Below, piece after piece: positions 19,501-27,426 of a stretch of 64,000 nucleotides of DNA. Below the pieces are notes generated by a model. That model saw nothing but the letters and a program-made list of their open reading frames with translations. It did no database searches and was not told the DNA's origin. Source of the stretch: a virus (Duplodnaviria; Caudoviricetes); IMG/VR virus record IMGVR_UViG_3300017720_000003, positions 1-64,000 of that record; one strand, given 5' to 3'. How positions within the stretch are numbered: the first letter of the stretch is position 1; each line of letters opens with the position of its first letter. The translations under genes were made by a program, and so were the position numbers.

Positions 19501-22500
19501 TCTAATTTATTTCTTAACTCAGGACTAACAAATAAAGTATTTAACGCTTGTTCTCTGGATATGTTAGATAAAGATTTTATTGTTTTACCCTGAGCATCTT
19601 GCATAGTTACATTACCGTTAGGAATATATGCAAATACACCATTTTCATTATCTGTTAAAGGAATATTGTTTTCTCTTAATATTCTATTGATTTTTGTTTT
19701 TGTCTCTCCATCAGGAATAGCAAGCCCTATACTATACTTAGATTGTTTTATATCAACATAAGGATTTTCTTCTTTACCTGATACAATATATTTAGATGAT
19801 TCGTTGTTAACTATTTTATTTGATGTAATAACAAGTTCAAGATTATTAATTTCTTCTTGTGTTAAATTATCTAATATAATATTTAACCTATCATCTGCAT
19901 AACTATAGTCTCTTTGTCCATCTACAGTATCTGCATGAGGATACAATTTATTTATATCGGTTATATTAACTCTAGATACATTTGTTGGTAATAAGTCAAA
20001 TTTAAATTCTTGTATGGAATAAGAATTTTTAAACTGCCCTGCTTGTAATGTAATAGGTTTGCCTTCAAAGTTATTAGGAAGTAAACGTAAGTTTCCACCC
20101 TGTATAAATTTAGGAGTGCTGATTACTCTATACTCTTTACCATCTTTATCATAAACCAATTGACCTTGAAATAACATTTGACCATCAAAAGGAAATGGTG
20201 TAGTATCTGGTGCACGTTTATCTAATTCTCTCATAGCTGCAATAGCAGATCCAGAATCACTAAAAGCATTAAGTGTAACGCCTATTTGTGATAATAGTTC
20301 AGAAGATACATTATTTCCTTTCTTATCAATTAATTTATATAAAGCCTCAGCTTGACCTTGCTGATTTATTGTTATTATTTTAAGTACATCTGTTGTTGCA
20401 CCTAATTGAAAAATACTTGGTTTAGGTGGATTAGCAGGATCAATTTCATCATCTTCATTACCTACTGCTGGAGTAACTGTACTTGGATCTGACTCAATTG
20501 GTTCAGTATAATACATTTCATTTAATGGTATACCCGCTGCTTGAAGTATTTCTTTTACTAAATCATTTTCTAATACCTCTCTGCTTTTTAACCAATTTTC
20601 AAAACCTTTTTCAGATTTAATATCTTCATCAGTTAATTCTCCAAATACAGGATTACCTTGAGCATCTAATACTGGAAGTTTACCTGATATCCATAATTTC
20701 TTTAATGCATTAAATGTATTTTGCCAGCTCAACCCTTCTTCGTTTCTCCACTCCTCAAAGCTTTTAACTTTTTCACCAAGAACAGTTTGAGTACCAGCAT
20801 ACTTTCTGTACTGTCTATCTAATAAAGCTCTTAATAATGGAGTATTATTAGATTCAGGTAAAATAACATCTATATCAGCTTCTTCTAAGATTTCTTCTTG
20901 ATTACTTTTTGTTTCTTGTACCTCAATGTCTTTACTCTTTTGTTCAGTTGTTTCTCCTGAGTCATCAGTTTTTTCTGACATCTTTCTATATGTATCAAGC
21001 AATCTTTGAATTTGATCATACTTTACTTTATCTAATTGAGGATCTATATCACCTTGTTCATCATAAAAGTTTTTTAGCTCATTTACATTTCCTGTAAGTA
21101 AGAATTTCTTTACTTGTTCAGGATCACCAACATAACCAGCTTCAAATAATTTATTCATTAAAGTATTAGCTTCTTTTATATTGATATACTTTTCTATTTG
21201 TTGCTTATGTATTTTACTAAGACTTTTATATATATTTTTATTAACCTCTATTTGTCTTTCAACAATTTCATTAAGTCTTTCTGGATTGTTTAAATACTCA
21301 ATTGCTTTATCATAAACTTTAGCTCTACCTTTTAATGCATGATAATCAACCATTTGTTTAAGAGCCTCTTGAATTTTGGATCTATCTACAAAAGAGTTAG
21401 TTGATTGCGCCATGAATTGAACATAGTCCTGAAATGCAGTAGTAAGTCTGTTTATTTTTCTTCTATCAAAAGAGCCATCTTTGGTTAAATTTTCTGGAGC
21501 AGTTAATATTTTTTCAACAGCTTGAAGTTTTTTAATTTTATCTGTTTTCTGTTCAATAACTTTTTTACCGTCTTTGCTATCTTTATCTTGAACAGCAATA
21601 TCTTGTAATAGCAATCCAATTTCATTATTAATGGAGTCTATGTCTAATAATACTGTAATATCATTAGCTGCCATTTTCTCAAATAATGGATCATTACTTA
21701 AGTTAGTATAAATACTATCAGCTCTTTCTATTGCACGTTTAAATCCGTCTTCAGTAAACATATAAAGATATGTAGCATGTTCAAATGCTTTTTCTTTAAT
21801 AGCTTCTAAAATATATTGTCTGCTACCTTTATCATATTGTGATCTATCATAAGGATTTTTAAATTTATTTCTGTTGTTTTCAAAAGTAGTTTCATACTTA
21901 TCTATGTTATTAACTAAATCTTGAAGTCTTTGTCTTGCTTTACCACTTTTAATATCTTTTTTTTGATTAGGAAATGCTTGAGCTAATTCTTCATCACTCA
22001 TTTTCATAAAATCTGTAAGCTGAGATCTAAAATACTGAGATGTTCCATTTTGAAAAATAGTATAAAGTTGTTGAAACTTTGCAAAATCTTTCTCATCTGT
22101 AAAACCAAATCTATCTAGAGTAAAAGCATTTTTTTTCATTGCTGCAGCAACTTGCTTTTGAACTAAAAAGTTTAATTTAGTTGGATCAAATAAACCAGAA
22201 GGATCATTAATTGTACTATTCCATGCTTCGTTATGTACTTTAACTAAATCTTTAACATATTTTCTTTTTTCCTCTTGGAATTCTTTAAATGCTTTCGGGT
22301 CACTAATTCTATTATATAAAGCAGGCATCCCTTGAAACACTAGTTTTTGAGGTCCTTGTACAATACCACCCATTAAAAATCCAGATAAAAAAGTCTCTAC
22401 ACCTTGTCCACTAAACTGAGAACCCATTCCAGAAAGAATCATATCATTCTGTAATTCTACACCACCTGCTAATGGATCTTCCATTACAGCAGTATAATAA

Positions 22501-24104
22501 CCTTTAGTACCTACAGCAATAGCCTCTTGCCCAATTTCTTGTAAACCTTCTGCTACGTTTGCAGCAAAGTATCTTGCAGTTGCTGCTATTGCCATTCCAG
22601 TATTACCCTTAATACCACCGGCTTTTACTTTAGTCCACCAACCTTTAATACCAGATCCTGCATCTTCAAATACATCTTTAATTTTACCGGTAGCAGCATC
22701 TTTTACACCTTTCCCTTTAAATAATCTTCCGTTTAGACCTTTTTTATATGTATCATTAAACACCCTACCCAATGATCTATTAAATCCACCCATTGCATTC
22801 CCTAATACAATTTGGTTACTTAAAAAGATTAATGGTGCATTAGTCATTGTAGTATAAAAAGCACCTTCACCTGCTTGGTTTTGTATAAGTGCCATTTGTT
22901 CAGGTGTTACATTACCTGTTTTTTTCTTCTGTATAGCCACACCTTCTCTTACAAGTTCATTATAGACCATAGCACCTTCAAGCTTACTTTCAGCTAATGC
23001 TAAATTTACTGATCTAAAATCTCTATAAAAACCACCAAATCCAGCTTTAGCTTTTGCCAAATTGTTTGCATTTTGTGTAGCATTTTTAGCAGTCTTGAAA
23101 TTTTTAAGTGCAGAATAAGTTTGTGGAGTTAATATATTACCTACTACCCTTCCTCCAGATTTTGCAGCTTGCCAAAAAGCTTTAGCTGCATCATAATTTT
23201 TTAATTGATTCATTAAAGCTCTGGTAGAAGCTTGCATGTTTTTTATATTAAAAAAGTTTTTTGTACCCTTTGCAAGTCTTGCAACATTCATTGCTGTTCT
23301 TGCTCCAGCCACAGGAGCTGCTGCACCGCCAGTAACATATGTTGCACCGGCAAGTATTAATTCTTCTAAGGCAATAGATCCAATTATACCAAATGTATAA
23401 CCACTATTTAAAAGCAAGTTATTTGTAAAACCTAGTGCTCCTCCTCTTGATGAGTTACCAATAGCCATAGCATCTTCAAACTCCATTCCTGAATCAATAT
23501 CTGGTGCACTAAGATATGCATCATCATCAAACAAATCTCCCAGACTTCTATATACACTTGAAAATCCAGAACCAACTAAACTACCAAACTCACCTCTCAT
23601 TCTAGACATATCATCCCAAATTGAAGAGTTTGCGTTATAATATGATTCCATATCTGCATAAGGAGTAAAACCTAACTGAGCAAAATCAGGGTGTTCATAA
23701 TACCTTAAAAAATTACTTTGTCTAATGTTAGCAAAACGTGGATCAACAATATCTGCCGCAGGTCCAGCTGACTCAGCTTTTAAAATACTCTTTACTGTAT
23801 TGTATGTATCTTGAGGAGGGTTCTGTTGTTTAACAGGATCAAATAAACCTGTAGCTAAAGAAGGTCTAGCTACACCTAAACTTGCCATTGCAGGTATACC
23901 ATACTTGTCTATATCTGCTTTATATGCACCTACATTTGCAATTGCACCAGGATCTGTAGCTAATACTTCAGCTAACTGAGTTTCTGGTCCTTCAAACATA
24001 TCTTCAACTGGTATAAAATTAAATTGTCCAGTTGGAACTACGCTTGTTTCTCTTTGATTGCTAGTTACAGCAGTCTGTAAAGGTGTGTTCCCTTGCTCTT
24101 TCAT
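10551..24104 (-). CDS. Virion-packaged DNA-dependent RNA polymerase polyprotein (crAss-like / phi14:2 gp66 family) with zincin domain
   Basis: 4517 aa; GADFDIDK (DFDID at 13368-13382) preceded by RIPSQ (13485-13499); HEAFH (17814-17828) with downstream EEYLADEF; N-terminal hydrophobic Gly/Ala helices. Confidence 0.9.
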   Translation of the reverse strand: MKEQGNTPLQTAVTSNQRETSVVPTGQFNFIPVEDMFEGPETQLAEVLATDPGAIANVGAYKADIDKYGIPAMASLGVARPSLATGLFDPVKQQNPPQDTYNTVKSILKAESAGPAADIVDPRFANIRQSNFLRYYEHPDFAQLGFTPYADMESYYNANSSIWDDMSRMRGEFGSLVGSGFSSVYRSLGDLFDDDAYLSAPDIDSGMEFEDAMAIGNSSRGGALGFTNNLLLNSGYTFGIIGSIALEELILAGATYVTGGAAAPVAGARTAMNVARLAKGTKNFFNIKNMQASTRALMNQLKNYDAAKAFWQAAKSGGRVVGNILTPQTYSALKNFKTAKNATQNANNLAKAKAGFGGFYRDFRSVNLALAESKLEGAMVYNELVREGVAIQKKKTGNVTPEQMALIQNQAGEGAFYTTMTNAPLIFLSNQIVLGNAMGGFNRSLGRVFNDTYKKGLNGRLFKGKGVKDAATGKIKDVFEDAGSGIKGWWTKVKAGGIKGNTGMAIAATARYFAANVAEGLQEIGQEAIAVGTKGYYTAVMEDPLAGGVELQNDMILSGMGSQFSGQGVETFLSGFLMGGIVQGPQKLVFQGMPALYNRISDPKAFKEFQEEKRKYVKDLVKVHNEAWNSTINDPSGLFDPTKLNFLVQKQVAAAMKKNAFTLDRFGFTDEKDFAKFQQLYTIFQNGTSQYFRSQLTDFMKMSDEELAQAFPNQKKDIKSGKARQRLQDLVNNIDKYETTFENNRNKFKNPYDRSQYDKGSRQYILEAIKEKAFEHATYLYMFTEDGFKRAIERADSIYTNLSNDPLFEKMAANDITVLLDIDSINNEIGLLLQDIAVQDKDSKDGKKVIEQKTDKIKKLQAVEKILTAPENLTKDGSFDRRKINRLTTAFQDYVQFMAQSTNSFVDRSKIQEALKQMVDYHALKGRAKVYDKAIEYLNNPERLNEIVERQIEVNKNIYKSLSKIHKQQIEKYINIKEANTLMNKLFEAGYVGDPEQVKKFLLTGNVNELKNFYDEQGDIDPQLDKVKYDQIQRLLDTYRKMSEKTDDSGETTEQKSKDIEVQETKSNQEEILEEADIDVILPESNNTPLLRALLDRQYRKYAGTQTVLGEKVKSFEEWRNEEGLSWQNTFNALKKLWISGKLPVLDAQGNPVFGELTDEDIKSEKGFENWLKSREVLENDLVKEILQAAGIPLNEMYYTEPIESDPSTVTPAVGNEDDEIDPANPPKPSIFQLGATTDVLKIITINQQGQAEALYKLIDKKGNNVSSELLSQIGVTLNAFSDSGSAIAAMRELDKRAPDTTPFPFDGQMLFQGQLVYDKDGKEYRVISTPKFIQGGNLRLLPNNFEGKPITLQAGQFKNSYSIQEFKFDLLPTNVSRVNITDINKLYPHADTVDGQRDYSYADDRLNIILDNLTQEEINNLELVITSNKIVNNESSKYIVSGKEENPYVDIKQSKYSIGLAIPDGETKTKINRILRENNIPLTDNENGVFAYIPNGNVTMQDAQGKTIKSLSNISREQALNTLFVSPELRNKLDPKQALELARNNFALNALLVSYADGVMKSNVDMNIVSLNDLPFGLGFVAQKGGMSYDNSSTRSLKDLRYEHADENGNYFIFDLKRKKGGARSVEFITSLEGSEGVKLSNKIKSRLEKDLMWDDIKNGTDRYIAIVQLPDGSYRPVNLKARTFNKSQRDNLAADLVNRAQKTKKENLDKDGKAKDLAYNTQFNEENIRGSVFISAKEGYNISLQVTPWGKLQLQLYNTDIGKQIGDTITIDIPAGNAKSFVSDSSINGYIQALINDFNNNADIAESGNKISNKNFRQSFPTQVSAADLIDATTTNVRPEVVLNNSARAIGDSSAIQAEVDKGNIKEDIIEVVEESNFTSEEAEFSLLDLSDPAFAEFAAKDFITLPSEYINHIVNKIVREGVDNLTPREVEVYNMRAATINVMVSKKGGEGSQPTQEVSKLEDIKQKLETLKAQLLEGVQPKERGKTLRTNEEYQKLLAQRKAIEKEANKIMSSSDLSLSDVEDIDIFTDWAASNLPSFINIADITTLGNNLKAGGVRVGAFVLGLNHVAGGQKVSGTIYTGATSPYKYHEAFHGVFRMLLSNEEITKYRSIARKEVRAKLRAEGKSFEKELEKFKNSADTYSNMTRKQLENEYYEEYLADEFEKFKINPKNTNTDASVKSLFTRIIEWIQGVFNSYSKNELRTLFENIDSGKFKGAQIANNEFTTALDVGTTIEANALIPHDSISKDDTLGFIYLDSDIADPLVRNISAMFLQRISKLNESYNPKEQMDSILDDFEFLYSIDNPINENKTDLQKQKLIEIQSAFDNYSDEIRNQSVKYINQISDKANEEEFQVEEFEDSTGLRTTSEYDKDASMIGGFRSLSSQLRAYIATTSVEATDYFGNTELTNGEPIIIAVDFVEAYNGLLKAVKNLTDPKQILQSMYFFGQDNSETAAVVRRILNDVGITEQQLLSDNSIPLEVNSPLLFQSILKGFENFRVDYLFNERDNAGNTIVYSASERDDTNSQLDRWSQGFISKRKQLLSNPNLKTELITLLAEIQSEIIPNSKGISSTKLKKDSKKYSEQLFNLSGIKISPLYLQYSMLYNRSNLNSDQRVFLDLNKNETPTLTHDLDGKPYKESSIALMSQLIQDNNDIFAVDQSGMDSRLKKMAVGNAPFDETIGASVFKNPNGDLVYAHQLPTYHLKKVAQLNNADSLEELLKSDPYLANNFLLNNAAFNQLSLESRLQIIRVAGNKIGDLLSTEEELNDSLQGVKQTSTYGDFTPQEFALNLINNYAGLLNSKSYKVSNVESLDDEGNKITTGLAPVLIRVMEASNTGDMINLPVIKTVEMVNEEAVLTEEAVDIYIDKIRTEFARINREANNATKTQEDILGYTDGRALTFFNTKTLMSEEQQTFLINAAIQAGNAGNVITLDDALAGTVTVAQQTGEVTNEVSGMTALREGVVDSLESRFQVFEQLIDELKIEDQISNQVKSGPIIAAGVSRTALVQSASLLNLNDNYRHNLKQIFFNDAINSYSINEILLGDQAVSLKDSVDQIKRAKMQNGAYYSAYSAITAPSHGVIHPVDDISLVTLEEPEDSGIDIADAQMYITTKAFRYMWFGFGKLTAAQAELINRIETGQTITSDSVFGNEATPEGYAKMQALLNSKKFVYGDGSTFLKMSAFTLTPEYTSIWDGDIKMWLPKPGLESLHNLRVKLEAIEKEKETIAIAAPLSAVKMKKQRVNSLEELADGNPFTKGYTTLDARFMGLQQLNPSNKLEQVDPTQIKQILTSEQNDNQFVPALNMTVGEIRTEYNKAVSERVSLRFKDKRNLIFSFDGAMDELSISQASGKVTPKLAAFLEFALSGLKASQSSSQILEFFSMTNGVPNYNLNNQITIRKFEQLFLSYFSKGVFSERTPGLGLTLVSDFGNKVYRRVFEIKDGIPIRSEIIRRAAWQGNENDLLNIDSLTQENIGPEGVVVLDRLRHGVMEYDANGEPTGQRYTEMMMPSHHKSVMDLIENTPSATMPEVISKMFGVRIPSQDNHSAMNIKWVDFMPVYFGSSAMFARELIEVSGADFDIDKVFAQFKDFYVKDGEFFEYGNKNTVEENYSDYIRYVNTNVSKSGTIYSEAYLTYDENLDAAKIENSLSESEEKAYYQFLTKQNIVTDAGLKEAGVKALQMLGLPITKAQYGEYVAKFGEPYAAPLNNKILDYKYALLGNDSVASGENPISYSPATLDILETTLSLLAEESKLFENRMLEENNDVDDLVGKILAFKANKGASIGAAVLPNLYLSLLTEYDIDLKSPISIDGVTYDSFKYTTEKKNEGNQRKQDTISSLITMATDNAKERLFSKLGLNRHALGLVSMMTSLSVPIRTSILLINNPVIQDLYSQALNKKDKFDPGIEKLVENKIKELVEDGSKSTLKVNDELLLNVINEPEGVSDQETVSILSKFKEFMDLETFTNKMSAPTSLTKGLGKNIATVLDKKEKIQELLSQDAPLDLTKIYSSNTWNSTYLRLFKQLTDELLPVTFLSSSPVFQDILDNVVDNIDTRATTLKTEDVQNIALDLLSYLNIKGYQYNLLQNGTLNEKVLSNDLIYPNSDRSIVDVINEIKEVLESKNESNFFIDNFVIPESASDVGNNSGLNIAMANTFRNLSAPQKVDLQNSFAQLYGSLDTKNQAQTIINYIMVKDGLQLRYGSLLEAIAPFTINKFLSHINTVEQAVRGDVSFESVFGLSQEELTKEFTEGFLESNINGSKLWTFKRSSATGSLQKGVQVKDNEVTVNWMAVGLSRDVTPNYVRIGDVQGVIKTYKLDSESKTYKEIDPFGSNQQTHIGFMFGPRPTYKEVRAFVDSKNGTTQEDPSDFTVAIDDAVAIQEEILKADNVNIEANENSIEVQLDPEATMTNVADTALLLEQLGLNQDAQDQSELEANVIDNVDTSLPEIDEVESQMTLDFEMELEEQFPTLTNFWDANIQGNKEAMASLRENNILSLEDFIDEYNNGIYENEESFIDQIKKCNL

Positions 24105-24112
24105 CTAGTCTA

Positions 24113-27100
24113 TTATTTTATACCGTACTGTTCTTGGTCTTTTTTTCTAGCTAATCTATTTTCTTCTCTTATTGTTTTAAACCATGATTCTAATTTATAA
24201 ACTTGAGGGTCTAAACCTCTTATACCATAAGTCATATCTATTGGTTGTGTAAATTCCTCAGATCTATAATTACCTCCAGTTTTTGTTTCTGAATTGTAAG
24301 GTATATATCTATTAACAGTATAGTTAACTGAATAGTTGTTATTATCAATTCTGCTTATTCTATAGTTAGCAGTTGGTGTTAGCATATCCGGAACTGTATA
24401 ATCTGCATACCCATTTTCACTAGACATAATATCTGTGTTTATAGCAGAGTAATATTGATTAGAAGCTGCTTTAACATTTATATCTTCTTTTTGTTGAAAT
24501 ATAAATGATACACCACTTCCAACTGCTTCATTTTCACCTGCATCAGATAAGTATGTAATATCCTTTGTTGTTAAAGCACCGTATTGAGCACTTGGATCTG
24601 AGCCACCTTTAACTTTAGAAGCTAACCATTCAGGGCTAAAAATAACTTGATAACCTGCTGTAGTTTTATTACCATCTTGAGATTTACCATAAATAGGTTT
24701 GTATTGTAAAGTTGCAATAGGAGCTATAGCATCTGTATTAGACCTTTTAGGATTGTTATACCAAGTATTTAAATCTTCTTTATATAAGTTCCATGCTTTT
24801 TCTGCTATCGGATCACTTATTAAAATATCATCAACATTATCTATACTGCCTGCAACTATACCATATGCATTACCTTTTTTTTCTAATGTGTTTATTTGCT
24901 GTAGTAAGTTACCCAACTCTGCTTCACCTTGTGAATTACCTGTTAAAGGATTTATACTATAATTATATGTAGGAGATAACTTTAATCCATCTGATCCATC
25001 TCCATAACCAGCTAATATACTATCAACTGTACCGGTAGATAAATCTCCTTGTGTTCCAATTAATCCTTGTTGAAATAATTGATACAATTTATCATAGTAT
25101 TCTCCAGCTTCTTTGTTAATTTCTCTATAATCAGGTACTTTATTTCCTGTGTATACAGTTCTTGTTTTCATTGTAGGTACACCTGCTTCATCTCTACCTT
25201 CATATATTTCTGTTTTTGTTTCATCAATCATATACTTTACATCATCAGTACCATCCCATCCCCATAAATCTGGATTTTTAATTGTACCGTTAGCTATCAT
25301 ACCTTGTACTGTTTTAAAATACTCTTCTTTAGGTATAATTTGATTTTGATCATTCATAATTGATGGAAAACCAGCATCAGCAAGAAGTTTAGCATTTTTA
25401 TCAAAACCAGATTCCCCTCTACTTTCTAAGTTAGCTTTCATAAGATCATAGGTTTCTCTATGATTACTAAGTACTGTATTCATTGCTGTATTAAGACCTT
25501 TCATTTGAATATCTGTACTATTATTTGGACCAACCATAGCATCATATAATTCTTGATAGGGTGCAAAGTTTGCATCAACACCGGTTAAATTTGCATTTTG
25601 TTTAGTCTGATTATATGTATCTACAAAAGCATTTCTAGTTTTATCATATAAACCAGATACTAAATTTCTATTTGCATATCCAGTAATCTTAGCTTCTTCA
25701 CCTTCACCTTCTATTGTTGGAGCTGTAAGTTTTTCTTTTATTTGTGCAATAGTTCCCCTAAACTCTACTTCTTTACCATCTTGAATAACTTTAATACCAT
25801 AAGTACCATTTTCAGAAGCTGAATCTCCTCTTGGATTTATAATTTGTTTTGCAGCAAGAATATTATCTACTTGTCTTAAAAATAATGCATTATCTCTACG
25901 TAAAAATGCTTCATTATTCATATTAGTAACATCAGTATCTGGATCAATTACCCCATCTTCATCTGTAGATGCAACAAATGTTGATGCATCACCAAAAGAT
26001 ACATTAGTACCTTTTAACAATGATCTAAGAGAATTTGGGTCTCCATCTCCATCAACAATTTCTCCTTTAAGTCTTGCTAAATCTTCTGCATCTTTGGCTT
26101 TCTGAGCTTGTAATAGCATTGCATTTTCTGCGTTAGCTCTTATTTTAGCCATGTCATACTTGTATTGTTTTTCTTTTAAAGCAAAATCATTAGCCTCCAT
26201 AGTATACTCTTGATCACGTGCACTAAAATTAACAGCAGCTTTTTTCAAATCTCCACTAATATTGTAGTTCATTAATAAATTATATGCTTTATTAAGTGTT
26301 CCTTGTAAACTCTTTGACGGAGTATTTGCTAAAGTTTGTATTTCAACCTTAGCATCTAATGCAGCTTGCATAGCTTCTGCAGCACTTTGTTGCTCAACCA
26401 TTGCCTCTTCTAAATCTGAGCCAGGAACAATACCATTATTTTCTTGATAGTTCTGCCAGTTTACATTTGCATCTTGAGCTTTTTTTAATTCCTTAGTTGA
26501 TTCTTTAATTTCTGGAGTATTTAACTCATTAATTCTTGAAATAGTTTCTTGTGCCCATGCTTCTTGACCTTGTTCTACTGATGCAAACTGTCCGGCTTGC
26601 ATTCCTTGTGATGCAAAATCTCTACTTTTTACAAAAGCATCTTCTTGATATGCTCTTTGTACTGTTGGGTTATCTAATAAAGCTGACTGTACAGCCTGTA
26701 ATGCAGCTCCAGTAATTAGTCTACCATTCTGTTCAGTTATAATCCAATCCGTATTTGCAGTACCATCTTTATTTTCACCATAATGATTTATCTTCATTTT
26801 AAGTGGTGGATCCATGCTTTCTAAATATTCAGTTGCCAATTCAAATAAATCTGCATCTCCTATATACTTAGGTAATTGTGCTTGTAAAGCTTTTTGTTCT
26901 GATCCATTTATAAAGTCATCCATTCTATATTGCATTCCTCTTACACCAGTTTCCCAGTATCGTTCATGCATTTTTGGATCAGTTGAATCAAGCAATCTAT
27001 TGGCATATGCCATTTCATCTCTATACTTAGATGTAAACACAATATCTTTAACTGTTAAATCATCTTGATAAAAAGGAGCGAATACACTTCTTGCATTATC

Positions 27101-27367
27101 AGCATTTTGCTGTAATGATAAATCCATACCTGATATCTTTTCTATCTGCGGTCCTATTTGTTCAGCAAACTGATCTCTACGTTCTTTTGTATCTTCTCTT
27201 GATAGATCCGCATACACAACTTTATTGTATAAATCATTTGTTGCTTTAAAATTGGCATCATACTTATCTGTTCTTGTCTCCAAAACTGCAGACAAAAATT
27301 TATAATCCGGAGTAAATGGTTTAATATCCGGTACGTAAGATTTGCTTCCTTTAATATATGTTGCCAT
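24113..27367 (-). CDS. Virion ejection protein (first of the three large RNAP-cluster proteins)
   Basis: 1084 aa, helical/coiled-coil; position immediately upstream of the RNAP gene. Confidence 0.6.
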   Translation of the reverse strand: MATYIKGSKSYVPDIKPFTPDYKFLSAVLETRTDKYDANFKATNDLYNKVVYADLSREDTKERRDQFAEQIGPQIEKISGMDLSLQQNADNARSVFAPFYQDDLTVKDIVFTSKYRDEMAYANRLLDSTDPKMHERYWETGVRGMQYRMDDFINGSEQKALQAQLPKYIGDADLFELATEYLESMDPPLKMKINHYGENKDGTANTDWIITEQNGRLITGAALQAVQSALLDNPTVQRAYQEDAFVKSRDFASQGMQAGQFASVEQGQEAWAQETISRINELNTPEIKESTKELKKAQDANVNWQNYQENNGIVPGSDLEEAMVEQQSAAEAMQAALDAKVEIQTLANTPSKSLQGTLNKAYNLLMNYNISGDLKKAAVNFSARDQEYTMEANDFALKEKQYKYDMAKIRANAENAMLLQAQKAKDAEDLARLKGEIVDGDGDPNSLRSLLKGTNVSFGDASTFVASTDEDGVIDPDTDVTNMNNEAFLRRDNALFLRQVDNILAAKQIINPRGDSASENGTYGIKVIQDGKEVEFRGTIAQIKEKLTAPTIEGEGEEAKITGYANRNLVSGLYDKTRNAFVDTYNQTKQNANLTGVDANFAPYQELYDAMVGPNNSTDIQMKGLNTAMNTVLSNHRETYDLMKANLESRGESGFDKNAKLLADAGFPSIMNDQNQIIPKEEYFKTVQGMIANGTIKNPDLWGWDGTDDVKYMIDETKTEIYEGRDEAGVPTMKTRTVYTGNKVPDYREINKEAGEYYDKLYQLFQQGLIGTQGDLSTGTVDSILAGYGDGSDGLKLSPTYNYSINPLTGNSQGEAELGNLLQQINTLEKKGNAYGIVAGSIDNVDDILISDPIAEKAWNLYKEDLNTWYNNPKRSNTDAIAPIATLQYKPIYGKSQDGNKTTAGYQVIFSPEWLASKVKGGSDPSAQYGALTTKDITYLSDAGENEAVGSGVSFIFQQKEDINVKAASNQYYSAINTDIMSSENGYADYTVPDMLTPTANYRISRIDNNNYSVNYTVNRYIPYNSETKTGGNYRSEEFTQPIDMTYGIRGLDPQVYKLESWFKTIREENRLARKKDQEQYGIK

Positions 27368-27371
27368 AATT

Positions 27372-27402
27372 CAAAATTAATATAATTTAATAAGTTTACA
27401 AA
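27372..27402 (-). promoter_or_regulatory. Bacteroidota sigma70-type promoter candidate (TTTG-N19-TAATTTTG)
   Basis: Matches the -33 TTTG / -7 TAnnTTTG consensus with 19-nt spacing; ends 4 nt before the ATG at 27367. Confidence 0.5.
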
Positions 27403-27426
27403 GTATTCATTATAAACTGTTTAAGT

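Noticed and set aside
929-24104. Inteins or introns in nrdA or the giant RNAP gene
   Set aside because: NrdA is short and contiguous; I recognised no intein splice or LAGLIDADG motifs in the large proteins (by eye only).
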